DNA of 63,864 nucleotides, filler included, from Craspedostauros australis (Eukaryota), in the NCBI GenBank assembly GCA_030167865.1. It is 15 parts of 15 records of this genome, joined end to end, with 100 filler letters (N's around TTAATTAATTAA, not from the genome) between each part and the next. Parts side by side here need not be neighbours in the genome. Positions count along the whole stretch, not along the records: positions 1 to 3,083 come from JALAGF010006443.1; positions 3,184 to 6,805 come from JALAGF010006445.1; positions 6,906 to 10,209 come from JALAGF010006446.1; positions 10,310 to 17,993 come from JALAGF010006447.1; 11 more parts are not named here. The stretch is one strand, 5' to 3'. The position numbers and the translations under genes were made by a program. Below, in pieces: positions 1-11,879 of this stretch. Below the pieces are notes generated by a model that was not told the origin of the DNA, did no database searches, and saw only the letters and a list, made by a program, of their open reading frames with translations. Each line of letters begins with the position of its first letter. Position 1 is the stretch's first letter.

Positions 1-239
1 TCAATCGCGACATTGGTCGACTCGGTCTTTGTTTGTCATCGCGGTTGCTCTGCCTCTTGGCATCACCGCTATTCTTGCTTTTGCCTTTCGTTGTTGGCAA
101 GCGTTGATCCGTCATCTCACTGTCGTGGACATCGCGGTTAGGACTGTTACTCCCGAACCGATCGATCCGTAGTCAGCATCATCTCGCTCTTACTACTGTT
201 GTCTCGTGCGCACTTATAACCGTTTTGGATACGGTGGCG

Positions 240-1895
240 ATCGTAGATGAGGCTCATAGCTGCGTGGATGTTCTTGGATCATCATCTTCATTGATGGCGA
301 GGACATCTCCTGTTCCTCGTCTTTCGTCTTGAGCCTGGGAATGAAGCGCAGCGGAACCTTCCGTCCAGCTTGTTGCAGCGCTGTCCCTTCTCAGCGAAGC
401 ACACACTTCCTGTGTTGCTATTTTTATTGCTGTCGCCAATTCATGGCTGGTAGGTTACATCCTTACCTCCTTGATCATATCGCAGTAGGAATCACAGCCA
501 GTACTCGAGCTCTGTATCTCACGATGGCCAACAGTGCCACGTGATCATCTCGATGCTTCCATTGCTGCTCCTCGCATCACACTTGATGTGATGACAACGA
601 TGGGCCATGCCCATGCCTGCATATATCTTATTTGTTCTTTATCACATCCTTCCTTCCTGCATGCTTAAGCTCGATCCGTCGCACATGCCATGTGCACGGA
701 CAATCAGCATCAGCGATCTGCGTTGCTCCTCATCCATCTCGGTTTTGATGTCGACCGAGTGGTTCCGAGGCAGCTCCGCGCCTTGCAGGGGTAGGTAGGA
801 AGCTCTCACCGCTTCCTCTTCTATTGCATCTCATTGAGATCCATCAGCTATCTTGCCTTCATGGCGCAGTCTGCTGAGTCTGATGCATCCGAGAGCGTCG
901 CCTCCTGCGTTCAAATCTCTTCTCTTGCAAGCAGCTTGCTCTCGTGCTCCAACATAGCCGTGAAGGTCTCCATGTGCCTCCCTTGACTTCATGGTCCCAT
1001 GACCATGGACAGTNNNNNNNNNNNNNNNNNNNNNNNNNNNNNNNNNNNNNNNNNNNNNNNNNNTATCTCACGATGGCCAACAGTGCCACGTGATCATCTC
1101 GATGCTTCCATTGCTGCTCCTCGCATCACACTTGATGTGATGACAACAATGGGCCATGCCCATGCCTGCATATATCTTATTTGTTCTTTATCATATCCTT
1201 CCTTCCTGCATGCTTAAGCTCGATCCGTCGCACATGCCATGTGCACAGACAACCAGCATCAGCGATCTGCGTTGCTCCTCATCCATCTCGGCTTCGATGT
1301 CGACCGAGTGGTTCCGAGGCAGCTCCGTGCCTTGCAGGGGTAGGTAGGAAGCTCTCACCGCTTCCTCGATTGCATTTCATTGAGCTCCATCAGCTATCTC
1401 GCCTTCATGGCGCAGTCTGCTGAGTCTGATGCGTCCGAGAGCGTCGCCTCCTTCGTCTGAATCTCTTCTCTTGCGAGCAGCTTGCTCTCGTGCTCCAACA
1501 TAGCCGTGAAGGTCTCCATGTGCCTCCCTTGACTTCATGGTCCCATGACCATGGACAGTTCTTTCAATGCATGTGTCGAGCGCCTCCTTGCTTCNAGCAG
1601 TACATGCAGTGCTTGTGCTTACCTCAGCTGCGGTCTCCACTCTGCTGGTGGACTCGCGGTGGTGCTCGACTCGATCATCATCATCTCGACGTCGTCGTTC
1701 GTGTGTGGGTTGCCATGGCGGTCTGTTGGCAAGGAGCATCGTGCTCCAGAGCGTCTTGCTCTCCTCTCTCTTGACACAGGGGACCATTACTTGCGATAGT
1801 CTTCGGTGTAGTTGATGGTCATGTCGACGATGGTGATGTTGGCTAGTGTTGGTGGTGATGGAAACGTTGGATTTCGATCATAACGTTTCGAAACG
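240..1895 (-). mobile_element. Internal region (decayed gag) of a non-autonomous family-A Copia derivative
   Basis: Follows an LTR-A end at 1896 on the minus strand. The leader and first codons resemble the intact gag at 38645 but have no long ORF. Related copies lie at 53729-54723 and 54831-55461. Confidence 0.6.
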
Positions 1896-1987
1896 TGTTG
1901 AGAAATCCGGGTAACCCAGCCTTATTAGTTGTATCTGNNNNNNNNNNNNNNNNNNNNNNNNNNNNNNNNNNNNNNNNNNNNNNNNNN

Positions 1988-3083
1988 TACCTTGGAGAGT
2001 TCCCTCACAGGGTTCGCGATATCTGGTCGCGAGTGCTTGATGAGGAAGAGTAGCATACCGACGCCTCGACGATATTCGGCATGTTCTTCCGGTCCGACCT
2101 TCTGCAGTCCGTTATCTTCGGATGTTGAGAAATCCGGGTAACCCAGCCTTATTAGTTGTATCTGATTACCTATTCCTGTTGTTGCATTCTCGGAACTGTG
2201 AGCATAACATCTCCATCTCTTTCAATTCCATTTGCCATAGCATGCATAATCCATGGTAGTATCATGAGATACTGCTGTAATCATCATGTCATGCAGCATG
2301 TACTTCATGTACATCTCATCATGCATCTCATCATGCACTCCACCGTGCATTTCATTTCGCTCTACATTCTCGCGGCAGGAGTCCACAGTCGTGCATCCAT
2401 CTTGTCACAGGTTTCGTCTTGAAACCCGCGACACTTCTGAATCTTTCTGATGGTCCAAACCTGCGGCTTTTCTTGTCCGCAAGAGGGCACATGCTTCGTT
2501 TCTCNTGATGGGGTGATCACAGACCTGCTGGTCATCGATGTTTCTCCCATGACGTCGTCGTCTGATCTGTCTTGCGTTGTCATGGTTTTTCTTGTTAGAG
2601 GAGGACAGGCTTGTTGTCTTGTTACGACTGAGATCAGTCACGTTTGTCTTGAGTCACAGGTCGAGTCACGTATGTGATGAGTCTCGGGTTTGAGTCACGT
2701 ATGTGAGTCACGGATGGTGTTATTGGGAGGTGCGGCAATCATGGGTATCTTAGTAAAAGCGTACCCTCGATTCCTGACATTCGGATGGTCGTACGATGAT
2801 TTGACCCGGGGTTCCCGGTGTCCCATAGCGCTGCATCTTCTCAACCTTGGTTCCGAACTCTTCGATGAGATGTCGGATGAGATGTGGTTGACGCAATGTC
2901 GCTCTAGTCTTGTCATGGTTCAGTTCGATGTTGCAGCTGAGGTAGTCTCCGAGTCCGTGCTCGATTGTCACCTTGAATTTGCTGCCTTGGATGTCCTTTA
3001 GGAATGTCTCCAGTGCCTTGGAGTCTCCGCAACAGAAGCAATCGTCCACGTAGATGGCCACGATCATGCTTCCTTCGTTCGTC
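1988..3083 (-). pseudogene. Copia (family B) reverse transcriptase fragment interrupted by LTR-A
   Basis: Contains IVAIYVDDC and GVGMLLFLIKHSRPDIANPVRELSK. Nearly identical to 61760-62190 once 2123-2779 and one TSD are removed. Confidence 0.9.
2123..2779 (-). mobile_element. LTR family A (solo LTR, or collapsed LTRs of a full insertion)
   Basis: TG...CA ends (minus strand: tgtcaggaatc...ggatttctcaaca). TTCGGA duplicated at 2117-2122 and 2780-2785. Confidence 0.9.
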
Positions 3084-3127
3084 NNNNNNNNNNNNNNNNN
3101 NNNNNNNNNNNNNNNNNNNNNNNNNNN

Positions 3128-3139
3128 TTAATTAATTAA
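3128..3139. other. Artificial scaffold linker (first of 14)
   Basis: TTAATTAATTAA (stops in all six frames) embedded in N runs. Others start at about 6850, 10254, 18038, 22155, 29193, 36328, 39595, 41863, 51282, 53673, 57009, 59503 and 62692. Confidence 0.97.
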
Positions 3140-3183
3140 NNNNNNNNNNNNNNNNNNNNNNNNNNNNNNNNNNNNNNNNNNNN

Positions 3184-4195
3184 GTGTCGTAGGTTGGGAG
3201 TGTTCGGAGTGCCGATGTACATGGCGGGCCAAGTCCATCAGCGGTGTGGAGAGGTACTCCAGCAGGTGTTGTGACGGAGTGTGGAAAAGCACTCGCCATT
3301 TCGCCTGCTTCAGCACCTCTCCGGGGAGCGAGCTGCCCAGGGCTTTCCCTANNNNNNNNNNNNNNNNNNNNNNNNNNNNNNNNNNNNNNNNNNNNNNNNN
3401 NNNNNNNNNNNNNNNNNNNNNNNNNNNNNNNNNNNNNNNNNNNNNNNNNNNNNNNNNNNNNNNNNNNNNNNNNNNNNNNNNNNNNNNNNNNNNNNNNNNN
3501 NNNNNNNNNNNNNNNNNNNNNNNNNNNNNNNNNNNNNNNNNNNNNNNNNNNNCAGATGCCGTCCACGTTGTTGCCGCCCTCACCACCACCGTATAAATCA
3601 CCGATACCGCTCCACCCATTCGTTGGTTGGGGAGGGCCTTGATCTGTGTTCCGTAACCAAGGTCCGTCCAGAGTTTGCACTCCCGTTTGGAGGCCGCCTG
3701 TTGTATCCACCCCAGGTGGGGTCCCGTCCATATCTCGACGACTAGCCGAGGTCGTAGGCTGACTTGGCAGTGGAGCACCCAGCTACGCCATTCCGTATTC
3801 TGGACCCCGTGGGCGATCAGAAAGTCCACCGGAAGTTCGTTCAGAATCCGGTGGGACACTCTTGCCGTCGACCCAAGGAATTGGGTCGAGTCCGGGTACG
3901 TCCGAAGCGCGTGGGGCAAGCCGTCGTCATGTGTGCAAAGGACGTGCTCGAAAGCAGGCCAGATGCTGCTGGTCATGTGGAGACCGAAGTTCAGTGTTGC
4001 GTAGCGCAGTGAACAGGTAGAGGATGTGGGGAGTTGTTTCGTGGATAATGCAACGATATCTGCTAAGTTAGAGCTTAGTAGTATGTCGCTCGGGGCGTCC
4101 GGATTGACGGTGTGTGTGTGTGTGATGTCTGGGATGGTCGGTGGTATTGGTGTTTGTTGGTTGGCGTTGAGGTGGGCACGAGTTGTAGGCAGCAC
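3184..4195 (-). CDS. ORF2 (partial) of a probable Ngaro/DIRS-like retroelement, with a degenerate C5-DNA-methyltransferase-like region
   Basis: Starts about 30 bp after the ORF1 stop. VDFLIAHGVQ, RPRLVVEIW and DLGYGTQIKALPNQRMGGAVSVIYTVVV fall in the order of C5-MTase motifs IV, VI and VII-VIII. Truncated by the scaffold end. Confidence 0.4.
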
Positions 4196-4225
4196 AGAGA
4201 AGAGAGAGACAAAGAAAACACAAGG

Positions 4226-6715
4226 TTAGGCATCATCCTCTTCTCCGCCTCCGCGCTTCGAAATTGCTTCCTGCAGGATGCGGGTGATAACGTCGGCGGC
4301 CTTCTCGCCTTGGTTCACACATTTTGCGACCTGCTTGGCTTTCGCCATCGCCACCTTCTTCTTGAAGAGATACCCGAATGGGCATCCGCTGTCGCGGATC
4401 TCATGGACCTTGCTAGATCCTCCGCAGTGCTTGCACTTCTTCCGACCTGTTTCGGTTGGAGCGGTGTCGGTGTCGTCCTTCGTTGACAAGGATGGGCCGA
4501 GAGTGCCGATTGCGCGCTGCTGGAATTTCTCCAGGACCTTCAGGTTGCACCAGCCGCCTCGTGCTCCTTCGCGTACGATGATGTACGTGCGAAAGATCAT
4601 GAGATTGCGGGAGGACGCGAAGTTGCGTGCGTCGAAGAGAGCCTTGGCGTAGTGCTCGAGGTATACCTCGGCAGAGTCTTCCCATCCGTTGGCTGTCTTG
4701 AAGGCTTCCTCTTGGAGTTTGAGGAGGAGTTCGTGATAGTACGTCAAGAACAGCTTGAGGACGGCGACCCATCCTCCGCCTTGCTGGTAGAGAGTGATTT
4801 GCTCGTCGGTGTAGCAGCCGTGGCGGAGAATGTGACCCACATCATTGAGATAGCGGGTCATCACGTCGTCGCGGATGCTGTTGAAGTCANNNNNNNNNNN
4901 NNNNNNNNNNNNNNNNNNNNNNNNNNNNNNNNNNNNNNNGAGGAGTTCGTGATAGTACGTCAAGAACAGCTTGAGGACGGCGACCCATCCTCCGCCTTGC
5001 TGGTAGAGAGTGATTTGCTCATCGGTGTAGCAGCCGTGGCAGAGAATGTGACCCACATCGTTGAGATAGCGGGTCATCACGTCGTCGCGGATGCTGTTGA
5101 AGTCACCCGCGAGTTCGCTGAGGTCTTCGGAGGTCTTGATGCGGCCGAGAGCGTGNNNNNNNNNNNNNNNNNNNNNNNNNNNNNNNNNNATGAGACCGGC
5201 AGATCGAGCGGTTTGGTTGCGGATGTCTCCGAAGGCGGAGGCGAGTTCTTCGATGGATGTGCGTTCATCAGTGACCTTACCTGGTTGGCTGATGACATCG
5301 ATGGCGGCTTTGGCGAGTTCAGTCTGGATCTCTTGGCTGGCGTGTGGCGGGGCAAGGTGTTTGAGCATGCGTCGTTCGTTGTCGATGGCTTCGCCGAAGA
5401 TCTGTTTCTTGTCACCCTTGGACGAGTCTTCGCCCAGGAAATGTTCGATACCCATGCTGGTGGGGCCAGATGGGGCCCGCTCTGGGAGAGGGGCCGTCGC
5501 CGCTTGGGACTCGGCGGATGTGTTTCCTGGGCGCGTTGCTCCTGCCAGGTGTGGGCGGTCGTGTGGCGTCGGCTGGCTGTAGGTGGGTGCAGTTGTCGTT
5601 GCGGCACGGAGGTAGGCATCAGCTTCGGCGAAGGAAGCACACCGAAGAACTCGAGCGGTGCTTCCGGTGCCTGCTTGAGCGATGGCCTCAGCCGCCAAGG
5701 TGTATACCCCAGGGCGTCGTCCATCGATCGCCACATACCATTCAGTGTCCGTGGTCGGGGCAGGCGCGGGAGCGAGACTCGGGGAGGGACGGCCATGTTG
5801 GAGCAGTTGCGTGATTTGCGCCTGCTGATTCGCCAGTGCCCGCAACATCGCGTGCGTGGTCTCTTCTGACTTGCGTTGGTGGAGCTCCATCGCTTCACGG
5901 TTGAGGGATGCCTGATGGCGCACCACATGCATGATCTCGTCGGCTGCGGTGGTGGCCAGAGCAGGAGGAGAGTAGTGTGTTCCGTGCTGGGCGGAGAGGA
6001 CTGGACGGGAGACGACCGGGACGGGGCGCATCAATGGGACCGGGGGTGTGCGACCGGATGCTCCTGGCTGGGTGGTCGGTGGCGGGCCAGCGGGGTTGGT
6101 CTTGATGCGGACGGAAGGTGTCGGCTGTACGTCGATGCCGGGTCGTCCTGCCGGCTTGGTGTCGAGGTCGAATCCGACCACTCCGACGCTTTTGGAGTCG
6201 CTGTCGTTGCGGGCGGCGGCATCAGTGATATCCATCTTGCCGACCGCTTCGAGATCGCGGAGCGCGGCGGCCCGAGTAGAGTCGTAGGCGGCGCGGCTCT
6301 GGTGGCTGCTCTCGATGAGATCGCGTCGGGGTGCTCCGCCAAGCGTGGTTGTGTCGAGGCATTGGTACACTCCCGGGAGTCCACAGCAGTCAGGGTCGCG
6401 GCGAAGGGCATGGTGGTTGCTGCGGCGGCGCTCGCTGGCCAAGTTAGCGCAGAGTAGAGTGTGGCCGTCCTCCGACTTGGAGGAGAGGCGAACCAGGCAG
6501 ATGCGGTCGTCAGCCACGACGTGTCCGATGGCCATCCCGATCCCAACTTGGTCGAGGAGAGTGTCGCTGCCCATGTCACCAGAGCGGGCGGATCCGCTGG
6601 CTACCGGGGATACAGTCTCGACTGTGATCCCGGGCCCGGAATCAGCCGGAGGCATACTGGCGAAAGCGGAGGCTTCAGACGCAAGAAGCGAAGAGAGATT
6701 GGGTGGATCGGTCAT
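4226..6715 (-). CDS. ORF1 (gag-like) with RNase H1 N-terminal/Cauli_VI hybrid-binding domain and C-terminal CCHC-like finger; probable Ngaro/DIRS-like element
   Basis: Contains WYVAIDGRRPGVYTLAAEAIAQ...RCASFAEADAYL and CKHCGGSSKVHEIRDSGC. The internal repeat is an overlap artefact across the 50-N gap. Confidence 0.6.
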   Translation of the reverse strand: MTDPPNLSSLLASEASAFASMPPADSGPGITVETVSPVASGSARSGDMGSDTLLDQVGIGMAIGHVVADDRICLVRLSSKSEDGHTLLCANLASERRRSNHHALRRDPDCCGLPGVYQCLDTTTLGGAPRRDLIESSHQSRAAYDSTRAAALRDLEAVGKMDITDAAARNDSDSKSVGVVGFDLDTKPAGRPGIDVQPTPSVRIKTNPAGPPPTTQPGASGRTPPVPLMRPVPVVSRPVLSAQHGTHYSPPALATTAADEIMHVVRHQASLNREAMELHQRKSEETTHAMLRALANQQAQITQLLQHGRPSPSLAPAPAPTTDTEWYVAIDGRRPGVYTLAAEAIAQAGTGSTARVLRCASFAEADAYLRAATTTAPTYSQPTPHDRPHLAGATRPGNTSAESQAATAPLPERAPSGPTSMGIEHFLGEDSSKGDKKQIFGEAIDNERRMLKHLAPPHASQEIQTELAKAAIDVISQPGKVTDERTSIEELASAFGDIRNQTARSAGLXXXXXXXXXXXXHALGRIKTSEDLSELAGDFNSIRDDVMTRYLNDVGHILCHGCYTDEQITLYQQGGGWVAVLKLFLTYYHELLXXXXXXXXXXXXXXXXXDFNSIRDDVMTRYLNDVGHILRHGCYTDEQITLYQQGGGWVAVLKLFLTYYHELLLKLQEEAFKTANGWEDSAEVYLEHYAKALFDARNFASSRNLMIFRTYIIVREGARGGWCNLKVLEKFQQRAIGTLGPSLSTKDDTDTAPTETGRKKCKHCGGSSKVHEIRDSGCPFGYLFKKKVAMAKAKQVAKCVNQGEKAADVITRILQEAISKRGGGEEDDA

Positions 6716-6905
6716 GGTGAAGACTCAAGAAGAAGGTGAAAGGCGTGAAGTGGTGTAGAAGGCGTTGTTTTGTTGCTAGGTTACCCCTGAGCAAGCGTTG
6801 CGGGANNNNNNNNNNNNNNNNNNNNNNNNNNNNNNNNNNNNNNNNNNNNTTAATTAATTAANNNNNNNNNNNNNNNNNNNNNNNNNNNNNNNNNNNNNNN
6901 NNNNN

Positions 6906-7313
6906 GGTACCTCTTCTTCATCCCATGGCTCCTCCTCCGTACACGCCCCTACCCATTGGAAATCACAAGCCAAGATTTGCTGGCATTCGGAATTTGAAGA
7001 CAACAGTGGGCAGCCTTCTCAAGATCATTTTTCCACATACCTTGATGGAAAGAATCCAACAGCATTCGAACAATCATCTATGGAAGAGCGGCAGCATGGC
7101 CCCTGCCATCACAATTTCCGAGCTGTACATATTCCTGGCAATGTACTACTACATGGGAGTATGGAACGCACCATCAAAAAGGGACTATTGGCGTGGCACC
7201 TGCGTATCCGTCCCTACTAACACACTCATGACCCACCTGAGCAGGAATCGATATGACATCATCTTCCAGCATATCCATTTCACTGCAGAGCTTCCAGATG
7301 ATGACAACGGATC
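6906..7313 (+). pseudogene. piggyBac-like transposase N-terminal fragment (DDE_Tnp_1_7-like)
   Basis: ELYIFLAMYYYMG...RDYW...LSRNRYDIIFQHIHF; cut by an LTR at 7314. Confidence 0.8.
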
Positions 7314-8177
7314 TGTTAGGAATTGAGGGTACGACTTTGTCGGAATACCCATAATTGCCGCACCTCCCAACATTGTTCGTCACAGCTTTGAATATTATTC
7401 ATCACATGTTCAGAGACTATTCGTCACACCTTTGTATACCATGTCATTATGACCATGACTAAGCATACGGACGCGATTGATACCTGTATAACCGCGAGGA
7501 GGATAGCCTGTCCTCTAGCAACGTAAGGAAGACACCCACGGCGGATCAGGAGGTCCCGATACCATGCCAACCATGGCAACCATCCAGACGACGACGTCGA
7601 TCAGAACAGCATGTCCATGGGCAAGTGACGCACCTTCTTCAGAGGACAGNNNNNNNNNNNNNNNNNNNNNNNNNNNNNNNNNNNNNNNNNNNNNNNNNNA
7701 TCCAGACGACGACGTCGATCAGAACAGCATGTCCATGGGCAAGTGACGCACCTTCTTCAGAGGACAGCACATGCCTCTCCTGCAGACAAGAACATCTGCA
7801 GGTTTGGAACATCAGAAAGGATCAGAATATCCGCAGGTTTGGAACATCACCAAAGGAGACATCGGCTATGAGACGATGGTGTCATGAGGATCAACGAAGG
7901 AAACATGAGATAGGCAAGTGCTCAAGACTGCAGATCCTACCATGCAAGCGTAGACAGCTACAACGATGCAGAGACAAGGAAGCAAGAACAGAGCATGATG
8001 AACGAAGGGGGAAGCACCTAAGAGACAACAGGACGCCCCGTGTCGCCACCGCGACAGATGCCTGCCATGAAGATGAAATCGAAAGAGAAAGTGAGATTGT
8101 GCTCACAGTTCTAAAACGGTACAGTTTCTAACAGCAGATTAGAACTTAGTACTAACTATAACCCCGGATTTCCAACA
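7314..8177 (+). mobile_element. LTR, family-A-related variant
   Basis: tgttaggaat...ccccggatttccaaca. Shares the ends and the attgccgcacctccca motif with other A LTRs. No TSD, and it contains a gap. Confidence 0.75.
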
Positions 8178-8509
8178 AGCCACCACCGGCGTTGGCCAAC
8201 AGCACCGCCTCCGACACCATCTACAGCACCTACAATCACAACTACGTCCCGTTGACGGCAACGGAACGCTACGACAGATTGACCCACAACGGCGTCCCCT
8301 TCACCAAGATCCAAAGCTCCATGCTAGAATCGCAGTACACCTACCAGCAACGTCTCGAGACCAAGCTCACGGAGTGCATCCTGGATCTCAAGACGCAGAG
8401 ACAGAACGCGCTTGCCGCAACTTAATGCAACGTCGTTTAGAGCACGCAACTCGGCGTCATGATTATTCTTGTCTGTGATATCCGTAAGGACTTTTTTGTG
8501 TGGGCGTTT

Positions 8510-8609
8510 TCGTAAGTGGACTGGTGAGTCCACTTACGACTCCTGTGCATGAAACAGAAAAATAAATGGACTCGTGGATCCACTTACCGTAAGTGGATTC
8601 ACCAGTCCA
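8510..8609. repeat. Two adjacent hairpins built from one motif (probable transposon subterminal repeats)
   Basis: tcgtaagtggact-ggtg-agtccacttacga is a perfect 13-bp stem. tggactcgtggatccacttac-c-gtaagtggattcaccagtcca is a 21-bp stem with 2 mismatches. Confidence 0.8.
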
Positions 8610-9270
8610 GTATTTGAGAAAATAACGACTATTTCGATTAAGCTCATTTCAAACGATTTCTCTTGAGACTCACGCGCCCTCGGTCGCGTCCGTCGAGGCA
8701 CTCGATGTTGCTGTGTGTTCTGCTTTTGTTAATCAAAACTGTTGGTATACGGTCCCAAGACGGACGGTGCAGCAACACACTCCCATGTTCACAGCCTTTG
8801 CACAGTCGGAGATAATCACTATAATCACTATATTCACATCACACACACAACACATCCTGTGTTGTCTCCTGATCATCACAATAGCACATCCATTGCATTA
8901 CATCCAACACCTTGCATTTCATCCGCTGCTGGCTTCGTATTCAACTATTCTTTCCTGTGTCGTCTGCAGCTACGGCCACTGCCGATTCTATTTTGTGCTG
9001 TCATTCCAAGCTGTTTGGTCACTTCCGTCCACCTGAGGTGGTGCCATCAACTCCTCCACCTCCGATCAGCACAACATGCTGACTCTGTCACATCATAGTG
9101 TTCGTCCGCGAGCGCCATGCGGACAACTGCGAATCAACTATGGAGGTGGTTCAAGATCAGTTTCTGGATGATGCGAATCAACTCGATGAGATCCTGCTGA
9201 TGATGGACCAGGGTTTCATTGACCCACTGCCTCATCTGCATTTAATCCACCCCACAACACATCTACAGAC

Positions 9271-10090
9271 ATGCAAGCATCCGCCTCCAGGGGTGGTTTC
9301 TCAAGTCGATCATCTGCGTTGCCGTTGACTCAACCAGCGAGCAACGTACTACTTCCCCAAAGTGATGACAATGCGGAAATTGAGATTTCTATGGCTCCAC
9401 GCAAGAACCAAACTGCAGAGGCAAACAATGGCATAGTGTTGTGCCTGATATCAACACCAACAAGAGGAGCCAAGAAAATTCGAAACACATTGACCTCTAC
9501 ACCCATCATAGCCAACCAGTGTTCAGATTGTCACACAGATAGAGATTCATCCGAATGTTCGAAGCTGCTCTCGTTGAAACAGGAGCTTGCAAAGACAGCC
9601 ATGCAGGCATGGTTTATGAAGCCTCAGCGTGGAACTGCAAACATATACATACAATTGGGACATGCCTGCAAGCAGCCACTAATGAAATCTCAACTGGAGT
9701 GCAAGCATGTGGGTGGGAGGGACCAGCACATCAAGGCCGCATTTTGTGCAGGCTTGGTGACCAAGAAGGGCAAGGAATATGCTGGCGCATTGGTGGACTT
9801 TCTTTGCATCGTTGGTAACCAAACCAATGACATGGAGGACAAAGTCTTTGTTGTTGAGATGAAGACTTGGACGAAGCAAGGAACAAAACAGATGGAAGAG
9901 GTACATCAACAACATGCCAACGAACAGCATAGTCTCCCACGAAACACGCACATATATTTGGACACACAAGACTCAAAGTTCAGAGCAGTTTTCCAGCGGG
10001 ATGAGGAAATGATTCAACTGCTTCATCATGCGTACGTGTCTGGTGTGAAGGGGCTTTGATGGTGATTGGTAAGTACAATAACAACATGCA
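9271..10090 (+). pseudogene. YqaJ/lambda-exonuclease-like PD-(D/E)xK nuclease relic
   Basis: IQLGHACKQP, GLVTKKGKEYAGALVDFL, VVEMKT and MIQLLHHAYV appear in YqaJ motif order; probable premature stop at 10057-10059. Confidence 0.55.
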
Positions 10091-10309
10091 GGACCGAAAC
10101 AGCACTCACCGTATGTTATCATCCAACGCAATATGCATGTTCTAACTTTCTCCAACTGCCACACCTTCGTTTCTTTTTCTTCTGTTGTGTTCTGAATACC
10201 CGCTGCCATNNNNNNNNNNNNNNNNNNNNNNNNNNNNNNNNNNNNNNNNNNNNTTAATTAATTAANNNNNNNNNNNNNNNNNNNNNNNNNNNNNNNNNNN
10301 NNNNNNNNN

Positions 10310-11170
10310 CAACGCCAACATAAATGCCTGACACATTTGTTGCTTCGCAAACCCAATCAACATCGCTTCGGTATTGTCACATCTAATTCTTCCGAGCAGG
10401 CCAATGCGGCCCTCGAACACATCAGGGACAAGCCACTTTGCACCCTGGTGGCAGGTGTTATCAAGTACATGGCTGACAAGCACATGGAGAAAGCCATGAA
10501 GGCAGAAGAACACTGGAACGCTGGAAATGTCTTGACTCCTCGTTGCATGTCTGACATGGAAATGCTGAACAAAAAATCCGGGAAACTAAACGTGCTCGTG
10601 GACAGTGTACATGACTCTGAGATCAAAGCGAGTGTCATGTGGTATGACAGCCCTACCATTTCTGAGGAAGTGACTCTCAGATCNGACTTTGCAATGANCT
10701 GCACCTGTGGTGCTCCATTGGAGTACAAGAGGCCCTGTCTCCACATCCTGGCAGTGTTCCGCGCAGACGCTGCTAAGCCCAGGAATGCACCACCAGATGT
10801 CTTTCACTACAAGAACGTTGGTTGGTACAGCAAGGAGTGGCATACTGCCACATGGATAGAGCAACACGGAAAAAAGGTGGTGCCCATTCAACGAGCAAGG
10901 GTGGAACGAAGACAATTGGTGGCAGAGAACGTGGCACCCATGGTGATTTCCGCGAAGTCTGGTCGAAAGCGCAAAACTACCAACAGCGACAATCCATCAA
11001 CAGCCGGAGGAGTGCGACTGTGCCCAGGATGCGGCGAGCTCGGTCACTTCCTTCACAGTTGCCCAAAACCAATTCCATCCACCCTTGTGAAGAGCAAAAA
11101 GAAACAAGTTGATAAGATTCTGCCCCAAGTGATGGAACAACTGGGAGGCAGCGTGCAGGATGAAGAATAG
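10310..11170 (+). mobile_element. Mutator-like (MULE) transposase C-terminal part with SWIM finger and CCHC knuckle
   Basis: FGIVTSNSSEQANAALEHIRDKP (catalytic Glu region), CTCGAPLEYKRPCLH (SWIM) and CPGCGELGHFLHSC. The 5' part is lost at the scaffold start; the 3' end is re-read at 11343-11635. Confidence 0.85.
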
Positions 11171-11879
11171 ACTAACCCATCATAGCACAATGGCATAGTT
11201 CGCCATACCATTCCCTGTAGATAACACTCTGCAATGCAATGCTGATGTATAGTAGTCTGTTGCATCATCATGGCTCCAGAAGTATCTCATGCNNNNNNNN
11301 NNNNNNNNNNNNNNNNNNNNNNNNNNNNNNNNNNNNNNNNNNTGGTGCCCATTCAACGAGCAAGGGTGGAACGAAGACAATTGGTGGCAGAGAACGTGGC
11401 ACCCATGGTGATTTCCGCGAAGTCTGGTCGAAAGCGCAAAACTACCAACAGCGACAATCCATCAACAGCCGGAGGAGTGCGACTGTGCCCAGGATGCGGC
11501 GAGCTCGGTCACTTCCTTCACAGTTGCCCAAAACCAATTCCATCCACCCTTGTGAAGAGCAAAAAGAAACAAGTTGATAAGATTCTGCCCCAAGTGATGG
11601 AACAACTGGGAGGCAGCGTGCAGGATGAAGAATAGACTAACCCATCATAGCACAATGGCATAGTTCGCCATACCATTCCCTGTAGATAACACTCTGCAAT
11701 GCAATGCTGATGTATAGTAGTCTGTTGCATCATCATGGCTCCAGAAGTATCTCATGCTGTCCACAGTGTGCCATGAATTGGCAAGGTATGCATTAGAAGG
11801 CCCAAGATGATGGCATTTGAACACTTGGAGCGCATCAAGAGCGTTCGACTGGGTACACTCCCAGCATACCGGGACCAGA

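Noticed and set aside
4652..6457. Long plus-strand ORFs (405 and 193 aa) and similar ones opposite NAGS, HSF and RT
   Set aside because: They are antisense shadows of codon-biased real ORFs and contain no motifs.
10878..11757. Tandem duplications (also about 524-1560, 4720-5105, 7581-7768, 19450-20430, 42721-43282, 52630-53437 and 58719-58830)
   Set aside because: Each pair straddles a 50-N gap and is near-identical: unmerged contig overlaps or haplotypes.
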